From an uncultured delta proteobacterium (GTDB lineage: Bacteria; Desulfobacterota; WTBG01; CAIYCZ01; CAIRTM01), in contig CAWDSQ010000036.1 of assembly GCA_963804955.1 (NCBI GenBank), forward strand, positions 1 through 64,000: 64,000 nucleotides of DNA, in the 5' to 3' direction. A program made the position numbers and the translations under genes. This document shows positions 42,170 to 53,395 of the stretch, piece by piece (position 1 is the stretch's first letter; every line of letters begins with the position of its first letter). The notes beneath the pieces are model-generated. The model was not told the origin of the DNA. It did not search any database and saw nothing but the letters and a program-made list of their open reading frames with translations.

Positions 42170-42466
42170 CTAGTGGATCATCACATTTGAAATTATCAGT
42201 TGAGATCACCCTCCCCTTAATCCCCTCCCATCAGAGGCTGTGTCATAATTGATTTATTAATGTCATTTCGAATCCGCCGCAGGCGGTGAGAAATCTTAAG
42301 CCCTTGATTTTACTTACTACAAAGATCTCTCCCTTCGGTCGAGATGACAGCAAAGTTAATTGCAATACAGCCTCTCAAGGGAGGGGAAAATTGTTGGCTC
42401 CCTCTCCCCTGGTGGGAGAGGGTTGGGGTGAGGGGGCCTACAAAATCAAATGTGAAGGCCTACTAG
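42170..42466. mobile_element. Nested MITE/REP composite
   Basis: CTAG-flanked outer inverted repeats; an inner GAGGCTGT...ACAGCCTC element (42234-42374) flanked by a TCA duplication; an innermost TGTCATTTCGA...TCGAGATGACA element. Confidence 0.75.
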
Positions 42467-42679
42467 CCCAGCATGAAGAAAAAGGGGCTTTGCAGAAAGC
42501 GCAGCATGTCTGGCACAATATTTTAAGAAACTTATGCATTTCGATAATGTTTAAAAAGTAAAAATGCACGCCACTTCAAATTTCTGCAGCGGGGGCAGAG
42601 CATTGGCGTCGGCGACCTGCCGGCAGAAATTTAAACAGGGTGTTTTTTGTAATGAATACGTATGCAATGAGGCTTTAAT

Positions 42680-44803
42680 ATGCGGCGTGGGAAAATGGCA
42701 GGCATACTGTGTGCGGGCGCTTTTCTGTTGCTGGTTCTGCCGGCCTTTGCGCTGGAATCGGATAATTTGACATATACGGTATCAGGCGCCGATGCGCTGA
42801 CCATCACCGGCTATAGCGGTCCCGGCGGGGAAGTTCTCATTCCATCGATACTGGACGGCAGGCCGGTTGTCGGCATCGGGGCAGGGGCGTTTCTCAATCG
42901 CAGCAGCCTGACCAGCGTGACCATACCTGCCGGCGTGACTATCATCGGGCCATTAGCGTTCTCCGGGTGCAGCGGCTTGCGGCATGCATTTTTTCACGGC
43001 CATGCGCCGGTGATGGGGGCTTCTGTTTTTGCCGGTTGCGCAAGCGATTTTACTGTATACGCTGATTCGGGCAAGGCGGGCTTTAGCTATCCGAAATGGG
43101 ATGGTTATCGGGCAGCCCCGTGCACTGATGCTGACCATGACGGGTATTACAGCCAGGGCGGCGCATGCGGCCCGGTTGACTGCAATGACAATACTTCAGA
43201 TGCAAAGCCGGGTGCTGCAGAAGCGTGCAACGGAATCGACGATGACTGCGACGGAGCGCCTGATAACGGGCTGCCGTTTGCCTACTACTTCCGGGATGCC
43301 GATGCCGACGGGTATGGCGATCCTGACAGTGCCGGGCGGGTGCTCGCCTGTGAGCAGCCGGAGGGCTATGCCGATAACCGAACAGGCTTTGACTGCGATG
43401 ACAATGATTCGGCCGTGCATCCCGGCGCGCCGGATGAGAATTGCAATGGTGTGGATGAGGATTGCGACAATGCAACCGATGAAGGGTACGAAGGTGTTGC
43501 GACCAGCTGCGGCATCGGGGCCTGCGCAAGGTCTGGCAGCACCTCATGCCCGGCCGGTGCTGAGGCGCCTGTTGACAGCTGCGTTGCCGGCGCCCCTGAG
43601 GCAGGCGATGCCACCTGCAACGGCATCGATGAAGACTGCGATGGCGTCGCAGACGACGACTATATGCCCGAGCAGACCAGCTGCGGCGTGGGGGCATGCC
43701 TATCGCAGGGTTTTACTCTGTGCATGAACGGCGCGGTGCAGAATACCTGTACAGCCCGCAGGCCCTCAAGCGACACCACCTGCAACGGCATTGATGAAGA
43801 CTGCGATGGCGTTGCAGACGACGACTATATGCCCGAGCAGACCAGCTGCGGCGTTGGCATATGCGCAGGCACTACGGGCAGCACGGCCTGCGTGGCCGGG
43901 TCAGTGGCGGACAGCTGCGATCCTCTGGCTGGAGCTTTGGCAGACAGCACCTGCAACGGCATAGATGAAGACTGTGACGGCGTGGCAGACGATGACTATG
44001 CTGCCGTACCCAGCACCTGCGGCGTGGGCGCATGCATGTCCGAAGGTTTTACCCGGTGCCTGAACGGCGTGGTGCAGAACACCTGCTCAGCCCGCAGGCC
44101 GTCAAGCGACGCTAACTGCAACGGTATCGATGAGGACTGCGACGGCACGGCAGACGACGACTATGCGGCCCGGCCGACCAGCTGCGGCGCGGGCGCATGC
44201 GCAGCCAAAGGTTCTGCCCTGTGCTTTAACGGCGCGGTGCAGGACAACTGCACAGCCGGCAGCCCGGCCGGCGAGATGTGCAACGGCATCGACGATGACT
44301 GTGACGGCGTTACTGACAACGGGCTTGAGTTTATTACCTATTACCGCGATAGCGATGCCGACGCCTATGGCAATGCGCATAAATCCGTTGCTGCCTGTGA
44401 CGGGCCGCCGGAGGGCTATGTCGACAGCCTGTCCGATAATACAACAGCGGTGGTTTTTGACTGCGATGACAGTGATGCATCGCTGCACGCCGGATGCCCT
44501 GCTTCAGCCTGCGGCATGCAGGTCTCTCCGCGGCGGATTTTTAAGCTGCTTGCCTTCTTTGATCCGCTCATCCCCTTTGTTGTGAGCCTCGACAGGGATA
44601 GCGCAGCGGCCTTTGCCCCTCCCATTGCCATCGACTGGGGCACTGAAGCCATCAACGATATCCTCCGGTCGAAAATCGGCCCGAGAAGCGTTGTCGGTTT
44701 TCTGCTGGTGCGGCCGTTCCGGCTTGAACCCGGCGAGTTTGATGTGACCGTCACGTTCGGCGCCGACAGCAGCAGCTGCGCCGGAACGATAGCGGTAGAG
44801 TAA
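42680..44803 (+). CDS. Secreted BspA-type LRR + MopE-like Cys/Asp-rich repeat protein
   Basis: Signal peptide; IGAGAF..LTSVTIP..IG..AFSGC; seven CNG(I/V)D(E/D)DCD repeats. Confidence 0.85.
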   Translation: MRRGKMAGILCAGAFLLLVLPAFALESDNLTYTVSGADALTITGYSGPGGEVLIPSILDGRPVVGIGAGAFLNRSSLTSVTIPAGVTIIGPLAFSGCSGLRHAFFHGHAPVMGASVFAGCASDFTVYADSGKAGFSYPKWDGYRAAPCTDADHDGYYSQGGACGPVDCNDNTSDAKPGAAEACNGIDDDCDGAPDNGLPFAYYFRDADADGYGDPDSAGRVLACEQPEGYADNRTGFDCDDNDSAVHPGAPDENCNGVDEDCDNATDEGYEGVATSCGIGACARSGSTSCPAGAEAPVDSCVAGAPEAGDATCNGIDEDCDGVADDDYMPEQTSCGVGACLSQGFTLCMNGAVQNTCTARRPSSDTTCNGIDEDCDGVADDDYMPEQTSCGVGICAGTTGSTACVAGSVADSCDPLAGALADSTCNGIDEDCDGVADDDYAAVPSTCGVGACMSEGFTRCLNGVVQNTCSARRPSSDANCNGIDEDCDGTADDDYAARPTSCGAGACAAKGSALCFNGAVQDNCTAGSPAGEMCNGIDDDCDGVTDNGLEFITYYRDSDADAYGNAHKSVAACDGPPEGYVDSLSDNTTAVVFDCDDSDASLHAGCPASACGMQVSPRRIFKLLAFFDPLIPFVVSLDRDSAAAFAPPIAIDWGTEAINDILRSKIGPRSVVGFLLVRPFRLEPGEFDVTVTFGADSSSCAGTIAVE

Positions 44804-44904
44804 ACCGCCGGACCATAATGGAAGGAAGCGGTGAGGTGCTGTTTTTGCTCTGATTCGTCTTCGATATTTTAAAAGCCGGCAGTTGCCCCCCTTGTTCATG
44901 CCTT

Positions 44905-45981
44905 TTACTTCCCGTTTGACTGAATCGCAAGCTCCTCAGTGTACGTCTCCGGCATTGTGTTCAGCAAAAAATCAGCCGCCTGAGCGCGTTTTTCCAAATC
45001 CCTTGAGAAATGCATGGCAATAAAGTTCCAGGTTGCCAGTGCCGTCAGATCATGCTGCCGCTGCGGATCCATTCCGGCTGGCAGGGGCATATCGCACAGA
45101 TCCAGCCCCGCCATTGCAAGGGCAGAGCAGCCGATAATGTCAGCATTATCGGCCCAGAAGAACAGTGCGGACGCATTGGAAAACCCGGTATGCGTCCCCC
45201 CAACCAGGGTCAGCAGATATGCCGGGCCGGGGGCGGCACTCAGCAGCACGGGCGCATTTCCATCATAGGGTATAATTGCATCGATATCGCCGTGGATAAG
45301 CAGCAGGGGAACGGCGCTATCCGGGATGTCAAATACGGTCTGGCCCTCATATGCGCCGGCAGCACAGGTAATCACCAGCGATAGACGCGAATCCCGAAGG
45401 CCCGAGGTGAAGCCGGCCATCAGGCTCACGCCGGCTCCCAGCGATGTACCTGCGGCTCCGATGCGGGCCTGGTCGATCTTTGCATAAAAGGGGCTGGAAG
45501 GATCAGAGCTGCGCTTGAGGATTTCATCGATCAAAAAGCTGACATCACCGGGGATGTTGACAATATCGGCATAGTTCAGCCTTAGGGCATCGTACAGGCT
45601 GGTTGCGGGTGCGGTAAACGATATGAAGACAACCCCCTGGGTGGCAAGGTAGCGCGCCAGATACGCCGGCTCCATCCTTTCCGACATAATGCCGTGGCTG
45701 TACACTATCAGCGGAAAAGGCCCGGGCGATTCGGTGAGCGGCGCGTTCCTGCCTGAAATGGTCCGGCGGGCATCATCGGACGGGTACCATATCTCGGTGA
45801 CCAGCTTTCGGGTGTCCGGTCCCCTGCTGTTTTTATACGGCGCAACACCCCGGCTGGCATCCTCCAGCGTCCAGGTCCGGTGCCCTGCCTGGTAAGGGCC
45901 CGGCTCAAGGACGGACTCACCGGCCAGGGCGGAATAAAACGGAACGCCTGAAATCAGCAGCATGATCAAAAGCTTTTTCAC
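44905..45981 (-). CDS. Secreted alpha/beta hydrolase (dienelactone hydrolase / PAF-AH-like)
   Basis: PLIVYSHG, GTSLG nucleophile elbow, HGDIDAII, GGTH. Confidence 0.85.
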   Translation of the reverse strand: MKKLLIMLLISGVPFYSALAGESVLEPGPYQAGHRTWTLEDASRGVAPYKNSRGPDTRKLVTEIWYPSDDARRTISGRNAPLTESPGPFPLIVYSHGIMSERMEPAYLARYLATQGVVFISFTAPATSLYDALRLNYADIVNIPGDVSFLIDEILKRSSDPSSPFYAKIDQARIGAAGTSLGAGVSLMAGFTSGLRDSRLSLVITCAAGAYEGQTVFDIPDSAVPLLLIHGDIDAIIPYDGNAPVLLSAAPGPAYLLTLVGGTHTGFSNASALFFWADNADIIGCSALAMAGLDLCDMPLPAGMDPQRQHDLTALATWNFIAMHFSRDLEKRAQAADFLLNTMPETYTEELAIQSNGK

Positions 45982-46097
45982 GGCAGCTCCTTGTGACAGT
46001 CGTGAAACTCAGCACGATTTTTCCAGCGTCAGGGGCAGTAAAAGGGGCGGTTCATTGTATTGACGTCAAGAGACGTGAGGTTTGGGCCTTACTTCTC

Positions 46098-47065
46098 TTA
46101 TACGCGTAACCGGGTTTTAATGTCATCAATGATATCAACCCCCTCGGCTAGGCTTGAGGGTTTCCGGAGACAGCCAGGGGGAATGCACCTCCACACCCCG
46201 TCTGATGGTGGGATGATTCCACACTGCGGGACCGGCTGCTCCCGAGACCTGCAGCAGCGCAAGGCCCACCGTATCGGCAGCTACCAGGTCCGTGCTGGCC
46301 AGCACAATGCCCGGGGTTATGAGATTTCCTGAATCCGGCCCGCCGGAGTTGAACCCCTGCCGCGCATCAAGCACAGACAGGCGGATTTTATCCGTGCAGA
46401 GCGTTTTCAGCAATCGCTTTGTGAAAATTTATTGAGCCGTGCATAACATTGCGGTCGTCCTGGGGCAGGGCGCCCACAAAAATTTTCATGCCCATGGTGA
46501 AACCTGCCCCGCTATGCGTCCTCAGGGTCGGCAGAACAATGATATGGTCCACCTGATCAAACAGCGCCGGAATGGAAAAGCCCCGGGGCCAAGTAGGCAG
46601 CGCCGGCCGGATGCACGGATATAAGCTCACCATCCTGAAATATGACCGGCACGGCACCGGCATCAAGGATAGCCTGGTATATGCCGGTTTGCTCAAGGCA
46701 CTGCCGGGTATCCTGCCAGGTCGGGGACTGATCCCCCACAAAAACCTCACCCGCCCCGTGCTTTTTCAGAAGGGAAACAATCCTTGACACCATGAAAGGG
46801 CTGGTCGTGGCAGGGAACGGGTTTGGAGAATTGAGGGCAACCTTTATGAGTACGCTGTCGCCCGGTGACAGGAAGCCGAAGCCGCCGGCCAGATCAATCG
46901 CACGCGCAATTGCAGCAGCGTCATCGGTATCTTTTACGAGCGATACGGAACTGATTGTGTCCGGGGGCGGGGCTTGCATCCCTGGTTCAGGGGAAGCGCA
47001 CACAGCAGGGGGGCGCAACCGAGAAGTTTTAAGAATTCTCTTCTTTTAAAAGTTTCTGAACTCAT
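46098..47065 (-). CDS. Tat-exported DUF362 domain protein (frameshifted)
   Basis: MSSETFKRREFLK Tat motif; GDSVLIK, LPTLRTH...FTMGMK and ASTDLVAAD across three frames. Confidence 0.75.
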
Positions 47066-47247
47066 GAGCGCGTATTCTCCTTTGATGGGCACTGAATTAA
47101 TTGCCTATTGTAGTTATAGGCTCACCTATGAGGTTTTGCAATGCCGTGCAGCAGAAAAAACCGGGAACCCGGAGGCAGCCGGCAGGGTGCGCACAAAAGG
47201 ATCCCGGGCAAGCAGGAAGGACGTTTGTATTCAAATGTGCCGATCAT

Positions 47248-49484
47248 CTAGGAAAGCATCTCCAGCTCTTCATTGGCGTACATGAGGCGGCCCGCAACCA
47301 GCCGCACGATGAAGCGGTGAAAGGCCGAGGCGAGCTCCGCGTCCTGCTTCTCCATGCGCGCAAGATCATCGGCCCTCAGGCGATACAGAACGCCCGGCCC
47401 GTCGGTGTAGACCGATGCCGAACGTGGCATGCCCAGATACAGGCCGATTTCCCCGACAACCGTTCCCGCCCCCATGGTTCGCAGACGCTTGCGTGTGCCG
47501 CCTGCCGGCTCGATATAAGCGGTGACAGTGCCCGATTCGATGAAGTAAAGATGCTGGGCCGGGGTTCCTTTCGTAAACAGGCGAAAGCCGGCAGGCTCTT
47601 CAATGCGCTCAAGATACTGCATGAGCCTGTCGATCATGGCGGGGTCGGGGAAGAAATCGGTTAAATGCTCTTTCAGCGAGCACGAGACACCGGTGCAGGC
47701 AAGCTGCGCTGCCTGCAAGCATCTGATTCTCGCACCACTCTATGGCATGGTCCATATCGGCAAACACACTGCAGTGCGGGCACAGGGGCCCGTCGGCCGC
47801 GGGAATGCAGCCGCCCTCACGCAGCATGGTGCGCACGCCGGGCTGCAGATGGACGAATATCAGGCAGACGCCGTTTGCCTCGGCGAACTGGCTCATTTTT
47901 GAGAAAATGAGCACCGACGAGGAATCGATGCCGCTTACGAACCTGAAATCAAGCATCAGGTACCGCGCGGGCATGCGGCCCTCGGCGCGCACCAAGGCCG
48001 TGCACATGCACGAGCAGGTTATAGGCCGTGCCGAAGAAAATAAAGCCCTGGAGGCGCAGAATGGCTATCTGGCCGCCCTGCTCCTGCAAAAGGTCCTGCT
48101 CGCGGTAGGAGCGCTGCACATTGCTGTGCAGCATGGCGCCGGTAAATTCGGTCTTCACCACATTAATGCGGCTGTAGTTGAAGGCAAAAAGAATCGTTGC
48201 GGCCACGATCCCCACGCCTACGCCGGGCACAAAGCCGAACACGGCGATGATGACGATGATGGCGATCACCAGGGCGTAGTCAAACCGCGACAGCCGCCAC
48301 CACCCGTCATAAACCCACTCGATCAGCAGCGACAGGCCAAGGTAGAGCAGCAGCCCCCCGAGCACGCACCGGGGAATATAGGTGACAAACTGAGCGCCCG
48401 CCAGCAGCACGCCCGCGCACAGCAGCGCTGCGGCCATGCCCGAGACGCGGCTCGTTGCGCCTGCCTTGAAGTTGAGCAGGCTGCGGGTCAGGGCGATGCA
48501 TCCCACCAGGCCGCCGAAGGGGGCCGCAAATACGTTTGCCAGGCCGTTTGATTTCAGCTCGGCGTCAAGGTCGATGTCGGTTCGCGAAGCGATTTCGATG
48601 CTTGCGGCATTGAGCAGAATCACGATGGCGGTCACGGCCATCAGCGCCAGCATATCGGGCGACTGCACCAGCAGCAGATGCCAGTTGATCCGGCCCGGGG
48701 ACAGCTCCTGAAACGCATGGCCCAGCAGATGTGCCGGAAGGGGCGCGAGCAGCCAGCCCTCTGCCGCTGCCTGCGCAGGCGCCATGCCGGCGCTCAGCAA
48801 TACCCCGTGCACGCAGGCAATGCCTGCCAGCAGCAGCGCGGGCATGATGAGATAGTGCTTCCAGAAGCGCAGCGCGGCGGTCAGGGCCAGAGCAAGACAT
48901 GCCCCCGGCAGCCAGTGCGCTGCTTTTTCCGGCTGCAGCAGCTCAGCAGCGCTGCCTGCCGTGAGCGGCACATTGGCCATGACAGTGAACGAGCCGCTCA
49001 CCAGCAGCCATCCCGTGCCAGCGAGAAAACCGCCGATGACCGGATAGGGAATGAACCGAATCCAGCGGCCCATGCTGAACCTGCCCAGCAGATACAGGGC
49101 AAGGCCGGTGAGCGCGGTGCTCAGGGCAAGGCCTGCCCACAGCGTTGCATAGAGGGGGCCGGCGCCATCGCCGCTCATCTGAGCGGCGATGGCAGCCGCC
49201 ATGAGAGCGACAATGGCTGAAATATTGGCGTCGGGACCGGCTATGATAAAGGGCGATGAGCTGCGGCAGGCGACCGTAAAGCCTATGACGGCCGAGCTCA
49301 CCATGGCGCTTGCTATGCCCAGGTTCAGGTGCGGGGCAAGGCTTCCGGAAAATATGAGGGCTGCATAGGAAATGCCTGCTATGAGGGTCATCAGGCCCGC
49401 CATGAAGCCCGCAAACAGATTGGGCGCTATGTCGCGGGGGCGAAAGTCTTCCTGAAATGCCGGCATGATGCGTATGGGCTTCAC
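47248..49484 (-). CDS. SulP/SLC26 anion transporter with STAS and cNMP-binding domains (frameshifted)
   Basis: SulP TM domain, LQGFIFFGTA, DF..VSGIDSS, and cNMP motif GEIGLY...RSASV. Confidence 0.85.
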
Positions 49485-49721
49485 GACTGCTGCCTCTGCC
49501 TGTGTTGTATATCTCTATTCTACCATTAGTAGGCGGGAGCGTGGTGATAAAAATGCGAGGGCGGGAGGCATCCATACATACAACAGTTATTCAAAGGCAG
49601 CAGCCTGGAAATTGCCGGAGCACTGAGCCTGATCAGAGGCACTAGTGTTTGCCTACCCACTGAACAATCAGGCCCGCCTGTGTTTTGTTTCGCCTGGCAT
49701 GCTCATTCAGTCCCCCTGCCG

Positions 49722-51350
49722 TCAGTTTTTCGGCACCGGCAGGATCAGGGCCGAGGGGTGGTCCGGCCCGGTCAGAATGGTGTTGGTTGCGGTGACCTCG
49801 CTTACATTGTCGGGGAAGTCTGCGCCGGTATTGGGGTTCACCTCGAAGCGCGGGTAGTTGCTGCTTGATATCTGCACCCCGATGCGGTGGCCCGCATTGA
49901 AAATAATGCTGAACGACCACAGGTCGATAGTCAGCTCGGCCGTCTCTCCCGGCACGACAGGCTCGGGCGCTGCCCCGCCGCTGCGGTACTTCAGCCGCTG
50001 TATGCTGTCGGTGAGCAGTATCTCTCTGCCGTCGGGATAGATGTCGACGAGCTTGGCCGTGAAATCCGTGTCGGCGGCAGTGGTTTTCACAAAAAGGCGT
50101 ACGGAAATCCGGCCGGTCGCCTCAACGGGTTCAGTCAGCGGATCCGTTGCAAAGGACACCACATCGCTGCGGCCGCTCACCTGCCGCTGATCGAAGGGCC
50201 CGGCCGGCAGCGACAGGTTCGCGCCGCCATGGGTCGGGCATGGATTTGCCGGATCAAAGGTAAAGGCATAGCTTTCCTCCTGCGCAGGAGGAATCTCGCT
50301 GAGCGCGTGTGACTGCCCGAGGTGGAATTCAAGCGGTTCGGTTTCCAGGGGCGGCCAGTCATCGGCCGTGCGCCAGATATTGCCCGGCGCTGAGGCATTG
50401 TCGACATCTCCCAGAACATAGTAGTACACCCGCGGCCTTTCCATGACCTCGGGGCCTGCGCCGGTCAGCCAGTACTGCATGAGCGCCCATTCCAGATCAG
50501 ACTGCGGAAAAGTATAGTTGTCCGGCAACGCCAGGTCGCCCAGGTCCTGCTGCCTGCCGTGTGCCCAGGGACCCATGACCAGAAACTGATTGCCCCGGGC
50601 GCCGGCGCCGCCGCCATACTGCCGCGAGGTGAAGTTGTTGATGGTGCCCTGCTGAAAGATGTCCCACCAGCCCCCGAAGTGAATGGCAGGAGCAGTCACC
50701 CTGCCGGCCTGCGCTTCAGCGTCAAGCTGGTCCCAGAATGCGTCCTGCCGGGGATGCTCGCGCCAGGTCTGCAGCATATAGTCATTGCCCTGGCCGGCGG
50801 CCCAGTCCTCAACCAGCGCCTTGTTCCATACGCCGCCGATATAGGCCACGGCGTACAGAGAGGAGCAGGCAACGCTGATTGACTGGCCAGCAATGTCCTG
50901 TGTTGCCGGCGCCATCAGAATCTGCGTGATCCCCAGGGCCGAGCCGCCCATGGTCACGACGGTGCCGTTGCACCAGGGCTGGCTGCGGAGCCATGCCACG
51001 GTATCGGCCCCGTCCTGCAGTTCGCCCCAGGCGTCGTCAAGGAAAACCCGGTCGGTGCCTTCGCTGCCGAAGCGGCCGCGCGTGTCCTGCACCACAAGGC
51101 CGATGCCGGATGCTTTCAGGCTTCGCGCAGTTGTTCGATAGCTCTTGTCCGAGCGGCCATAGACGGTGCGCACCAGTATGACAGGCGCCGGGGTCGCCCG
51201 GGGTATAAAGCAGTCCGTCGCGAGCCGTATGCCGTCGCGCATGGGAGCCATCTGCGTGTCTGGCCGCGGGCTGCAGCCCGCGGCAGCAAGGGACATAAGC
51301 GCTGCAAGCAGCAGCGGGCACAGGGCGGACATTTTTTTTTGTATCGGCAT
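49722..51350 (-). CDS. CocE/NonD family hydrolase (lipoprotein)
   Basis: MRDGIRLATD, QDTRGRFGSEG, GWWDIF, GPWAH, SSSNYPRF. Confidence 0.93.
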   Translation of the reverse strand: MPIQKKMSALCPLLLAALMSLAAAGCSPRPDTQMAPMRDGIRLATDCFIPRATPAPVILVRTVYGRSDKSYRTTARSLKASGIGLVVQDTRGRFGSEGTDRVFLDDAWGELQDGADTVAWLRSQPWCNGTVVTMGGSALGITQILMAPATQDIAGQSISVACSSLYAVAYIGGVWNKALVEDWAAGQGNDYMLQTWREHPRQDAFWDQLDAEAQAGRVTAPAIHFGGWWDIFQQGTINNFTSRQYGGGAGARGNQFLVMGPWAHGRQQDLGDLALPDNYTFPQSDLEWALMQYWLTGAGPEVMERPRVYYYVLGDVDNASAPGNIWRTADDWPPLETEPLEFHLGQSHALSEIPPAQEESYAFTFDPANPCPTHGGANLSLPAGPFDQRQVSGRSDVVSFATDPLTEPVEATGRISVRLFVKTTAADTDFTAKLVDIYPDGREILLTDSIQRLKYRSGGAAPEPVVPGETAELTIDLWSFSIIFNAGHRIGVQISSSNYPRFEVNPNTGADFPDNVSEVTATNTILTGPDHPSALILPVPKN

Positions 51351-51451
51351 AGAATCTCCTTTTTCGCAGCACAGAAGCATATGAGCCTTCCGGCTTCGGC
51401 TGCCTTGTTGACCTTACGGCGTATGGCAAAGCGGACTCATCGAAGCCTTTT

Positions 51452-52732
51452 CTATTCCAGCACCTGCCTGCCGGTTCCGAACAGGTCCCACACAATGACC
51501 GCCAGCACCATAATGCCCGCGGCGCTGTAGAAAACAAGGTCCCACCGGCTGGTGAGCGATACGACACAGCCGACAAATACCGGCACGATGGCTCCTGCGA
51601 TATTGCCCGCGGTAGTCTGCATGCCCATGATAATGCCTGCATAGCGGGGGGCTATGTCCATGGCATTGGGGCCGGTGGTGCTGCCGGTCATGGACATCAT
51701 TCCCAGGGCCAGCGTAATGAGCAGGATGGCCTCGGTTTTGTTTCCGGCATGGGCCAGCAGCACCAGGAACAGGCTCGCGCTCAGCAGGCTCACCGTGTGA
51801 AGGCACTTGCGCACCAGGGTGATGCTTCCCGTGCGCCTGATCCACCAGTCGGCAAACCAACCCGTGGCATTGCTGCCGATGACCATGGCTATATAGGGCA
51901 GCATCGAGTAGACGCCCATTTCCTTGATGGAAAATCCGTGCGCTTTGACCAGGTAGGTCGGCAGCCAGGTCAGAAACATAAAGAAGCCCCAGCTGGTGCA
52001 GAAATGGTTGGTCACCAGCGCCCAGACCGGCGCCTGCAGCATAATTTTTTTCCAGGGCGTTTTTTGCAGCGGCGGAAGCTCCGGCGTATGTGCTTTGATA
52101 TAGGCAAGCTCTTCGGCGCCGATCAGGCTGTGCTCCTCAGGCCTGTCGGCTGCAACCCTGTTCCAGGCCAGCAGCCAGACAAGACCGAATAATCCGAACA
52201 CATAGAACACGCACTGCCATCCGAAGGTGCTCATAATGAAGGCTGCCAGCGGGAAGGCGATAATATTGCCAACGGACACCCCCGAAAGGGTGAACCCCGC
52301 AACTCTGGAGCGCTCGCCCGCAGGGATCCATTTCGCGGTCATGCTCTGGATTGACGGGAAGTTGACGCCCTCCCCGATGCCCATGAGCGCCCGCATCGCC
52401 GTCATGCCGCCCACGCTGCGCGCCGCAGGGGTAAGCATTGTAAACACGGACCACCAGAGCACGCCGATGCTCAGTATGCGCTTGCCGCCGAACCGGTCGG
52501 CAAGCCAGCCTCCGGGAATCTGCAGAAGCGTGTACCCCCAGAAAAATGATGAAAGGATCATGCCCAGGGCGGCCTCATTCCAGCCGAACTCCTTCATGAT
52601 GACCGGCGCGGTGACTGAAATATTTACCCTGTCCATGTAGCAGATGAGGTTGCTCAGGAAAAAAAAGATCACCAGGCGGATACGCTGCGGAATCCGGGAA
52701 GTGCGGGTCTGTGCTGGGGCTGTCGGTGGCAT
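51452..52732 (-). CDS. MFS transporter, ACS/SLC17 family
   Basis: CYMDRVNIS, SSFFWGY..QIPGGWLADRFG, RALMGIGEG, WLPTY. Confidence 0.93.
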   Translation of the reverse strand: MPPTAPAQTRTSRIPQRIRLVIFFFLSNLICYMDRVNISVTAPVIMKEFGWNEAALGMILSSFFWGYTLLQIPGGWLADRFGGKRILSIGVLWWSVFTMLTPAARSVGGMTAMRALMGIGEGVNFPSIQSMTAKWIPAGERSRVAGFTLSGVSVGNIIAFPLAAFIMSTFGWQCVFYVFGLFGLVWLLAWNRVAADRPEEHSLIGAEELAYIKAHTPELPPLQKTPWKKIMLQAPVWALVTNHFCTSWGFFMFLTWLPTYLVKAHGFSIKEMGVYSMLPYIAMVIGSNATGWFADWWIRRTGSITLVRKCLHTVSLLSASLFLVLLAHAGNKTEAILLITLALGMMSMTGSTTGPNAMDIAPRYAGIIMGMQTTAGNIAGAIVPVFVGCVVSLTSRWDLVFYSAAGIMVLAVIVWDLFGTGRQVLE

Positions 52733-53108
52733 AGGCACTTCATAGCACAATCCGGGATCAACAGAAAGCCATAACAGAGGGTATCCGTTTTGATTTTTTG
52801 TGAGGATCAGCAGGGGGATAGTTTCCAGCCAGAAAACGGCGGTCCGGCAACCGGCCTGTAAATTTTTCAAGCCCTTCTCTGGATTTTTTTTAGATATAAT
52901 TTGACGTGCAGCCGGAATTCAATCTAGAATTACCTGTAGAGCCTCCTGCTTTGCTGGAGGTGCGGTGACTTTGGCCAGCCACTCATTCAGGTCATGGCCT
53001 GGTATCTGTCATGAAGCAAGATACGCAGGAACCTTTTTTTATGGCATGCAACAAATTACTATAATCAATTATTCATGTGTTGGCGAGCAACAGAGACCTT
53101 CGTCATTC

Positions 53109-53395
53109 CCCTATGTTAAAAGTCAAGGGGCACCGAGAATGAAAGCATTGTTTTTTTCTTGGCTAATAAAGATCACATAACCATATATGCAAGGAACAAT
53201 CCCTAAAACAATCTCCTATAAGCAGACAGGCCAGCCAAAGGCAAGAGCCGCTGCATTATCCGCATCATGTTTTAAAGGTGTGGGCCCGCAGTCTGGCTTG
53301 GAGCAGACGGGTTAAACCGCTGCAGGAATGACTCAGCGCTGCCCACAGAAAGAATATAATGGTGATTGTCCTTGTCCTTTGTTTTCGGGGTTCAG
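53109..53395 (-). ncRNA. Putative bridge/seek RNA of the IS (target-binding loop at 53279-53347)
   Basis: Internal loop whose strands match both flanks of the insertion site; transcript ends unknown. Confidence 0.8.
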
